A DNA stretch of 64,000 bases. Source: Styela clava. Taxonomy: Eukaryota. A model generated the notes under the pieces. That model made no database searches, was not told the DNA's origin, and worked only from the letters and a program-made list of their open reading frames with translations. Every line of letters starts with the position of its first letter. Position 1 is the stretch's first letter. The translations under genes and the position numbers were made by a program. The stretch is from positions 5,580,001 through 5,644,000 of the forward strand of contig NC_135250.1 of the NCBI RefSeq assembly GCF_964204865.1. Direction: 5' to 3'. Shown piece after piece: positions 27,601 through 37,028 of the stretch.

Positions 27601-27666
27601 ACACCGGTGCCGTTATATTTCTCCCAGTGCCCTTTGATGGAGAATATTGAAGATTATTTGAAGTAA
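24639..27666 (+). CDS. Secreted divergent lipocalin (ApoD/Lazarillo-like), 6 exons, 211 aa
   Basis: Exons 24639-24752, 25572-25705, 25993-26069, 26534-26605, 26932-27012, 27509-27666 (636 nt; intron phases 0,2,1,1,1). Protein: MSQASKITLSLFVTAFVVTVNCNTCSVKPMEKGVDLNKLAGTTWYQMLNADDPIDRVTPCYVMKFGEATENGISFEFVMLDPSNLGRVETSYQQFYKEGQAFRFKMDNEEKWLKASLKQALDKPKDASGDQKELLDHFKYPVYIYTDYETYFMGILCREDSPVAFAYSSYNGISAETTTKIYNAMIEHDDTPVPLYFSQCPLMENIEDYLK*. It has a hydrophobic signal peptide, SCR1-like DLNKLAGTTWY, SCR2 TDYETY and four Cys in the predicted mature chain. AATAAA at ~27849. The exon 3 donor (GTTATT) is weak. Confidence 0.8.
24915..25149. mobile_element. Merlin-like MITE, subfamily 2, in lipocalin intron 1
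   Basis: TIRs GGTGCTCCTGAAGTATGCGCACCAAGATGGCGG / CCGCCATCTTGGTACGCAGACTTCAGGAGTACC; degraded TSD TACTAAAA/AACTGAAA. Confidence 0.8.
25255..25457. mobile_element. MITE with GG..CC ends and 9-bp TSD
   Basis: TIR GGTTCCATTACATTTGAACCC / GGGTTCAAAGGTACGGTATCC; TSD TTGGAATTG on both sides; internal CTAACCCTAACCC. Confidence 0.8.
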
Positions 27667-28349
27667 TTTGTCAACAATTACGACTGTGATTCTGGACAGT
27701 TTCATTTGCTGTTTCATTAGCGGATCGGAACGCCTTGTTGATATGGTACCATGATGTAAATGTTGTGTTGTAAATGTATACACAGAGAATTGAAATGAAA
27801 CTTTGTTAAAGGAGAGTGAATATATTTAATGACACGCATATTCAAGAGAATAAAATTATCCAGCATTTGCCATGAATTCATTGGGTATTCGCTGATTCAG
27901 TATTTGAATTCACTTACATACCCACAACGTTTTTGCAGTCTACGTAACTAGCCTTTAATTATATTTCGTGACCATCGAGATAATAAACAGTGAACTGCAA
28001 ACAATAAGCACAAAGATAGGACAGTTCCGGAACCGTAATACAGCACGGTAACTGTCTCGTAAAAGCGGGGCTTGCACTCACTGGTATAAATAATGTCTTC
28101 TAATGCGGGGACTTCTTTTGGAATCGGTAAACTGTGCCTTGTTGGGTAAGTCACCGCATTGTAGCTATGTAAGTAGTATATGATGTTGTCCAGAATTGGT
28201 AAATTACTCCACAATACTCCACAATACTCCACAATGCTCTTACTCCACATTACTCCACATCCACATTGCTCTACATGGACAGGACATGTCCACTTTTTCG
28301 GTAAGGTATTAGAGTATTCGCGTAGAGGGTCAGGGGTGTTTCTCTCTCT

Positions 28350-28640
28350 CTCGATAAGACTTTGACATGAGAATTGGGAGAGAGAAAAATCGCGCTATTG
28401 TTTAATTTTCGCCCTTTAATTGATAAGACTTCGTCAAACTGGGGAGAGAGAAAAATCGCGTTATTGTTTTAACGGGGTGGAATCGCTTGTCGCGTTATTG
28501 TTGTTTTTGTTTAAACGGTGGTGGAATCGCTTGTATAATCGATAAGACTTCGGCGAACTGGGGAAAGAGAAAAATCGCGTTATTACTTTATGGGGGTGTA
28601 ATTAACCGTATTTTCGCTCTCTTGATCGATAAGACCTCAG
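28350..28640. repeat. Degenerate tandem repeat (GATAAGACTT..GGGAGAGAGAAAAATCGCG units)
   Basis: GATAAGAC at ~28353, 28422, 28542, 28628; GAGAAAAATCGCG three times; GGTGGAATCGCTTGT twice. Confidence 0.75.
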
Positions 28641-29000
28641 CGTGATGAAGTGAGTTACCGTGAATAATTAGATAATAAAACTGCGTGAGAAGATCTGCGC
28701 AATCGTTTTGTTTAAATGGAATAGTGTCTTATTATAAACGAAGAAAGAGTTTGTTGAAACTTGATCAAGGCGAGAAAAACATCATGATTGCTTGACCATG
28801 ATAAACTGTTTACTTTGAAATATTCTGACGCTTATGAAGAAAATATCAGCAATGTTTGTAAATGAATCTGCGCCATCGTTTTCTTTTAATGGCTTGTGCC
28901 GTAAACAACAAGACTTGCTGTGTAGCGCTGTTACACTGTTTGTTTTTATAAAGAATGTAAAAGAGAGAAAAATTATTTACAGAAAAATCTAGCTATTTTT

Positions 29001-30573
29001 ACGATTAAACAAAATCGGAAATATATCACTCCGTGAATTTACAGGGAAATTAACTAAACAGTGGTGACACAGTAAAATGAAACGAAACCTTAAACAAAGG
29101 AATAAAAAATGAAATGCGAGTGGGATTGCTGAAATTTTGACGATGAATTTTATCCGGTTATTTGTTAACGTATGCTTTTTTACTAAATATCTCGTTAAAT
29201 ATGATGAAATAGATTCAGCGTGACAAGTAAAACCCCCATCTGGTGCTTATTTTATTGGAATATTGTTGCGATTATGAATGAAAAGTCGGTTAGGTTTTTA
29301 AGGTTTGCAGCTTTAATAACAAAACTAACGCAGTATCCACCATTTCGTGTAGTATCAGACCACATAATTTATTTTATACCACTGGTCGTACTATGCGGGG
29401 CGGCTTTGTAGTTTTAACATATTGAGACTGTTGTGTGAAAGGTTCCTCAGAAATGAAGTAAATGTTTTATGCTTTGGCGTGCGATTAATTTTAATGAGTG
29501 AAGTAGAAAAGTTTAAATGTTAGTTGAACTGCGGTAATTCTTGCGATGGTATCTAATTATACATCATAAAAATTCAGCATGCGTCAATTTATTAGCGTGT
29601 GCATATTTATTAACAAATCTTCAAATGTGGCAAATATTGAATGCTCAGTAATGAACTAATAAAATTATTTTGTTAATACTTCTGACATTTGATACATTGG
29701 TATAAATTTTATGTAAAGATAAAATGTTGATTAAGCAGTTGGAACGATTCTTTTTTTGCTTGGATTTTGTTTAGTCGACCAGAATGAAAGTTGTATTCCC
29801 CGTAACTGATTTGCTGAAAATTGACAGAGCTGTTTCTATTTTAGTATTTTATTATGATAGAATTAATTTGGCCCCGTATTACACTCGGCAGAGATGTAGC
29901 TACGTAATATGCATATGAGTGTAACCATGTTACGATACTAAAATACCGCTATGGCCATGATAAAAATTACAGAGATTCTGTTTTTATTTATGAAACATGT
30001 ATACAAACAAATGGCGGTTACACACATGTATATATGTCCCGAAAGTTTATATATTCCAAACAGATTGTGAGACATGACTTTATTCAAGTATCTTACATAC
30101 ACGTAACAATATACATATTGTTTTTTTTAAATCATTTATAATTAAAACATAACTCAGATTATTTAACCGTGATTAATTCGATGACGAATATGATTATCAT
30201 GTGACAATAATGTAGTATCGCGAAATTATTTTGCACTTAGCTTGATGTGAGTGAGAAGGATTCTGATATTTAGAGTATAGAGTTGTTTCGGTGTATGAGC
30301 TGTTCAGTTCCTAAATTTCGTTTCATATGCACGAAAGAGAAGTTACGTAGAGATTTCGCATTATCACAAACGATTAAACAAAATCGGAAATATATCAATC
30401 CGTGAATTTATAGGAAAATTAACTAAACAGTGGTGATACTGTAAAATGAAAATAAACTTTAAACAAAGGAATAAAAAATGAAATGCGAGTGGGATTGCTG
30501 AAATTTTGACGATGAATTTTATCCGGTTATTTGTTAACGTATGCTTTTTTACTAAATATCTCGTTAAATATGA
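29001..30573. repeat. Pair of ~204-bp direct repeats (29001-29204, 30370-30573)
   Basis: ACGATTAAACAAAATCGGAAATATATCA...CTCGTTAAATATGA at both positions; the distal half appears identical. Confidence 0.9.
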
Positions 30574-31823
30574 AAGATATTTAATTATTGTTAAAAGATT
30601 GAAAAAGAATTTGAAATATTTTATTTTACTTGAATGTTTTGGTATAATATTAAATTGTTAGACTTTATGTTAATGTGGAAAATATATAAATACTTTTCGA
30701 AAATTCATATTGGAAATTCGAAGTGACTTGTGGTGCAGCTTTCGTATATCTGAAGAGAAATATTGTTGTCTACTGATTTGTTTTTATAAGTTTGATGAAG
30801 TTGTTTATGAGGTGTTAAGAAGCGGTATGAGGGTAAATCGTTTGCTTTGTAGCGTATAGTTGCTACACATTACATGTTGCATTGGAGTTGCGGAGTTGTT
30901 CATGGCGGGCCTCTAAACTCGGTATGGGGGTATTTTATCATTTATATTTAGCATAACGGTTTGTACATAAAAAATTACTCAATCGCGTCCAAAATGTAGA
31001 GCCACGAGATTATTTGGGACGTCGCTTATAGGAGATATGATCGTAATTTCATGTATTCGCGCCTGGACGTTGAAGTGCATTTTTGATAAATTTTGATGAA
31101 ATTGCTCATGGCATCGTTTATGAACTCTATAAGGGAATTTCAGCGTTTATGTTCAAACATATTGTTGCAGTGCATTGAAGATTATTCTGTTATAATAAAC
31201 TTAATTTTATAATTTCGTGAAGTTGTGTGTAGCGTTGTTTTTAAAAAGACATTGTAACGCGTTTACCATCTATCGGTAATTCAATAAAGAAGATCAAATC
31301 GGAATGAGGTTGAGATGTTTAATATTTTGGTATTATGCTCAGATTAGATTACTGATAACATTTTACCCAATTTAGGTGAATGTAAAACAACTAATTTTAT
31401 ACGTTTCATCTCCGCATAATAAAATTGGATTTTTCAACTTGTTGCGGTAACAAATACGGTTGCTTTCAGTAAACATCATTGAAAAGTAAAATAAAATCAG
31501 TTCATGGTAAACACTTTAAAATCGTAATTCTAAATATAGAAGATACTGTTATTTATATTGTAGTATAAGGCCTTTATCGTTGTCCGAGAACATTTCTCAA
31601 CTATTTTAAAATTAAATTTAATATACATGAAAGATTGGATGATTAAAAATTTGTAACGGGTTTTGATTCATGCCGCCCAAGTGCGTAGTTCTAAATTTTG
31701 AATTTTCAATGTAGATCGATTATTTGTCATGTAGCTTTATTTTTGAGTCAATATGACATTGTATTGATATTTAATTCATAATGTCATTGTTGCTTCATAT
31801 TGAAATGCATTTTTGATATATGT

Positions 31824-32740
31824 TTATCAGTTAATTACTCGGTTGTTGTAATGTATGATTATTTACGATTAATATTATTTTTTATCAAATGTATATTCGC
31901 ACGTTATTAGTAAAATGACTAAATGATTTCAAATAAACTTTTTGTGATAAAAAAATGTAAAATGCTGAAAGTGCAGTCAATATCTCGGTGTAATGGAAAT
32001 ATTTCAAATGTTTCTGTTTTAATGTATGATTACTTACGGTTAATATTATATTTTATTAAATGTATATTCACACGTTATTTCTGTAAAGTAAAATGATTAT
32101 GAATTACTAAATGATTTCAAATAAACTTTTAATGATAAAAAAAAAATGTAAAATGCTGAAAGTGTAGGCAATTTATCAGTTAATATTTCGGAGTAATGGA
32201 AATATTTCAAATGTTTCTGTTGTAGTGTATGATTATTAATATTATTTTTCATAGAATGAATGCTCGCACGTTATATCTGTAAAGTAAAATAATTATACAT
32301 TGCTAAAAAGCTTTCATAATAAACTTTTTTTATGATAACAAAATGTAAAATGCTGAACATGTAGGTAATTTATCAGTTAATATCTCGGAGTAATAGAAAT
32401 ACTTCGAATGTTTCTGTTGTAATGTATGATTATTTACGGTTGATAATATTTTTATAGAATGAATACCAGCACGTTATTTCTGTAAAGTAAAATAAGCATA
32501 CATTGCCAAAAAGCTTTTACAATAAACTTTTTTATGATAATAAAATGTTGAATATGTAGGCAATTTATCAGTCGGACCTCTTGAAGTATGCGCACCAAGA
32601 TGGCGCACAATCTGAACCTGATCTCGGAGTAATAGAAATATTTCGAATGTTTCTGTTGTAATGTACGATTATTTGAGCTTAATAATACTTTTCATAGAAT
32701 TAATACTCGTACGTTATTTCTACAAAGTAAAATAAATATG
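31824..32740. repeat. AT-rich tandem repeat, ~5 units of ~195 bp
   Basis: Recurring CAATTTATCAGTTAATATCTCGGAGTAAT...GCACGTTATTTCTGTAAAGTAAAAT at ~31824, 31977, 32170, 32367, 32561. Confidence 0.88.
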
Positions 32741-35700
32741 AATAATAATATTGAATATTAATAAATGTGTTTTAGGAATACATCTACGCCTTTACTTTTA
32801 TGTCACATTATTTTTAATAATTGAGATCATGGTAATGTTTTAAAGTATGTGTGGGGTTTAAAAAGATTAAATATTTAATTATTAAATGATAAAGAGGGTA
32901 CAAATCTACAACTTCAGTGAATTCGGTTTTTGTTTTAATCCGGGCTATTTGAAGTTTAACATGTTTTCAATGGAGCCGCAGTCTTATTTTTAAACTATCT
33001 GGAGTCAAAATTGCAGAGCATCGATGAAGATTATCATGTATAACTTCTGATTACGACTGCAAAATCATTACTTTTACTGAGCGTTCTTAATAGTTATGCA
33101 TACACTAATATTTTTCGGCCAAAAGTTGAAATCGATTTTTTCAAAACACAGAGTCATAGTTGATATTTTTTTTCCCACAGTCGGAACCAGAATTTTATTT
33201 CGAACTGCACCCGGAGTTGATCATAAATTTTCACTGACTTTGCAGCTCTGGTTTTGAATAATATTATAATGGGTAACTGATTTGACTAGATAATTTTTTG
33301 TTTTCTGTTCAAGTATGTTACCTGTCCGTGTTTGTTTGTTCAAGCTGCTACGCATAATAAAAATATAGAATATAAGATTCCTCCATAGCAATGTAAGATA
33401 TGATGTCATTGGATTGAGAAATAATTCGATATTGTATTATCATCTCACGCATATTTGTAGGATTCACTTGTAACTGAAAATGAATGATATAGAATCACAA
33501 ATGAAAAAAGTTAAAATTTGAATTAAAACTCAACATATCACGTTGTTTCACAATAAATTGGTAAATGTCACCTTATTCACATAAAGTCAGATGTATAGTG
33601 AATACGTATAAAATAATAAAGCTCTGTTTTAATTTCATTCATTTCTTTACATATAGGCTAAAAGTTTTTATAACGCAGCTTTTGAAATTGAGAATATATA
33701 AATGTAAAAAATAATCGGAAAAATTCAATAGTATATTTCTGCTTGTGAATAGTAAAATCGTTACCTATTAACGAAAACGTGTACATGATATTGTAGTATT
33801 AAAATAATTTTATTTCAAGTTGGCGAGTGTTTTCACTTGATGCTAAATTTTTAATACTTTGCAACGGTATGTCACTAGATTAAAGAAGTATGTATGTAGT
33901 TTCAACGTAAAACAATTTTATAAATGATGAATAAAAAACCCACATTTTTAACACACGTGAATCATTGAAAACGAGTGAAACAAGATTGAGAAAAATGAAA
34001 AGTTCAAGCAGCTCGGGGCATTAATTAATGTTTTAAAAGTTTCATTGTTTTAAAAAATATACACTCAGTGAAAATGAAAACGATTATGAATTAAAAAAAA
34101 GTTTTAGTATTCCAAAGAATTAACGTGTGACTATTACGCACAGTTTAATATTATGTATTTCGAACCTAATGGATTTTTTTTTCAACTATTGAGTAAGTTG
34201 TTAACAACTATGCGCATACGGCATATTACCTTTTGAGTTTGTTTCGTTAAAATTTACATTCATATTCAGTAACAGTTATTGAAAAAAATTGGCAAGAACA
34301 AAACTATCACTATCACTGTGTTTATTGTACTTTTTCCATACTATCGTATCACTCTCATTTTATAGCTCTTTTTTTGTGTATGTATGCCTTCTAAAAATAA
34401 TTTTCTAATCAAGATAATACCAAACCACTTTTCTGTCCAGTCTGTTAACCATTTTAGTTTGTTTTTTGTCTCAGCAACAATTTGTTGAATAATTGTGAAG
34501 AATTACTGCCGTGGAGCCAGCACCGTACCCCGGAAAAATATTAATATATTAGTACATTAATACAATTTCCTCTTCCGATTTAAAATTGATTACAAGCATT
34601 TGGAAATATAAAATAAGCCAACTGACATTACAACAAAGTATGCGCGAAAACAACTATTATCCCACGTAAAATCGGTCCAGTCAGCTGGTTATCAGTTAAT
34701 TGCATAGTTATCCTTTTATTATGTTCAATTCAGAATAATATTTCTCTTCAAATGCCTGGCTTCCACTGTTTTATTTTTATTACCTTAGATGTGTACAGAT
34801 CGTTTGATCTTCTTAAACATAAATATATTTTTAGCAACAATGCTCGTCTGTTGATTTGAAAGTTGGCTCCAACTGTGTTTGGAAGTAAAAAAGTGTCTCA
34901 GTAATGCAGTTCCCCTCATTTCCTTTTTAGCACAGTCGTCCCACTATGCGTCTAGAATGCGATTCATACAAATGCAACGAAACATTTTTGAAACGCCTAC
35001 TTTGTTAATGCAATTTGGATAAGATTAGGCGATACCATTACTGATCAATTACGTATATTTAATAAGGCAGTAAAACACTAAACTTCTAAGAGTGGGCTCA
35101 TTGTGTTCCGTGTTGTTTGTTGTATAACAGTTAATAATTACATGAGCTTTTCAGTGAGTGGTTAAGTATGGTGGTGACGAGGTTGTTAGACTCACAAACA
35201 GGTTGGTGCAGTGACAGAGCCATCTAACATATAATGCTTTTGATAGTTTTACTTGTCCATGTACCCAACAGCAGAAAAGGAAATAGTAAAGTTGAAAGCC
35301 AAATGCCTATAAATAATATTTTAAAAACCATCAAGTTTCCCTCACCATCTTAAACACCATGCAGTATATAGTCATTGTATATATTGCTGTTCGCGTTACC
35401 AGATTACGGTAGTTACCAATTCGTATACCCGGCCTTACCAAGCAAGTTAGATATAGGGCCCAACGAACTGAAAGTAAATCCACAAAATCACCACAAGTCT
35501 TGCTTTACGATTTGGTTTCGTTCGCCATCTTGAACATTACGTAGTAAGTGTGTATATTGCCAAATATGGTAACAGAAACAGAAGTGAAATATATAGTCTT
35601 ATTATGATACTTAAAAGCATATTTATTTATAAACCATATCTATAGAACAAGCTGCAATACACAAGAAAAACTCTGCAATAGAATTATGGTGAAATTTAAA

Positions 35701-35897
35701 TTTGCAAATTAGACTAATGACTGACTACTGGAACGCGAGGAATGCAGCATTGTATTCTTTCCATTATTCATGGCGATGAGTAATAAGTAGATTAGTGCAA
35801 TTGGATTGAGTACAACAGCTCTTGATCCTCATTTCATTTTGGTTAGATAACTTTGGCATATAGCAAGAGTATAAGAGAAAAGCTAATATATATAAGG

Positions 35898-36162
35898 CAG
35901 TTTTTTCAACCTTTTTGGTGTAGCATAACCAAATAAAATTCTAGAAGCTCGAGGAAATCCTGTGCAATTGATTATGTGTATAATTATTTATAAGATCGGT
36001 TTTGCTATCACAAAATGTGTAACAAAAATTTGACTGGGACACTAGTGAACTACTTATTACATGATTATATTATACCTTTGTAGCAGATTATATTCAAACA
36101 ATATAAAACAATACGGACCCCACAGTTTTGGATGTAGACTCATGTGCTGGTGAAAACCACTG
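35898..36162. mobile_element. hAT-type MITE
   Basis: CAGTTTTTTTCAAC / TGAAAACCACTG ends; TSD ATATAAGG/ATCTAAGG. Confidence 0.65.
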
Positions 36163-36344
36163 ATCTAAGGTAATGAATGTCATGATAATACAAGCAGTAA
36201 CAGGAATTAGGTAATTAATGCACATGTTCAATATCAAGAATTATATATAAAAGTGCTGATCAAAAAAAATTCAGTCAAGTGAAGTAATAAAAAATCAATT
36301 TCAATAGGCAGATACTAGGGAAATCAAGTAACATGGTTCTAGAG

Positions 36345-36629
36345 CAGGGCTTCCCAAACTGGGGGTCACGACCCTGTATTTGGTCGTGTAACGAATTTTA
36401 TGGGTCACAAAGAGTACACCAATTTCACATAAAGTAATATATATATTGTAGTTTTGCTTCCAATAACACAATTATCAAAACCAAGTGCAAAACATAAATC
36501 TCACGATTTTGAGAAAATACATAGAATCAGAGAAGCGGCGCTTACATAACATTCCCGACTTTACGGAGGGCGCAGGAAATTTCGATATATTGGAAGGGGT
36601 TGCGAGATAAAAAAGTTTGGGAATTCATG
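36345..36629. mobile_element. hAT (Charlie-like) MITE
   Basis: CAGGGCTTCCCAAACT / AGTTTGGGAATTCATG; TSD TTCTAGAG/TTCTAGAA. Confidence 0.75.
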
Positions 36630-37028
36630 TTCTAGAATCTAGAGGTATTATAATTAACAATCAGTAACTTATTCAATTTAGTTGAAATGCATAAACTTTT
36701 CAATGAAACTAACTATTCTAATACTCATACATAGCAATACAGGGTGCAAATTGATTGAAGCACTCAAAGCGGTTGTTTACAAATTTGAGTCTGTGGCCAA
36801 TTTATAGTTTATTGGTATAATGAAAAAATGCAATATAAAAAACTTTTGCACTGAAAAATGTTATATTTTGTATTCGGTCATGTCTAGGAACAGCTAACAC
36901 TGGGCAGGATGCAATCTGAGATGATCATATATGAGAAATTCTGTAACAAAATTTTGAGAACATATGATAATTGTCTCTGGTCCAGTGAACAGCAAGTCCC
37001 TTTTTTATCACGTTTTTCTCTCTTATCT

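Noticed and set aside
28350-28640. Repeat-spacer-like pattern resembling a CRISPR array
   Set aside because: Units are degenerate and irregular, the spacers are themselves repetitive, there are no cas genes, and the context is eukaryotic.
29001-30573. LTR retrotransposon / TRIM
   Set aside because: No TG..CA termini, PBS, PPT, TSD or gag/pol remnants visible.
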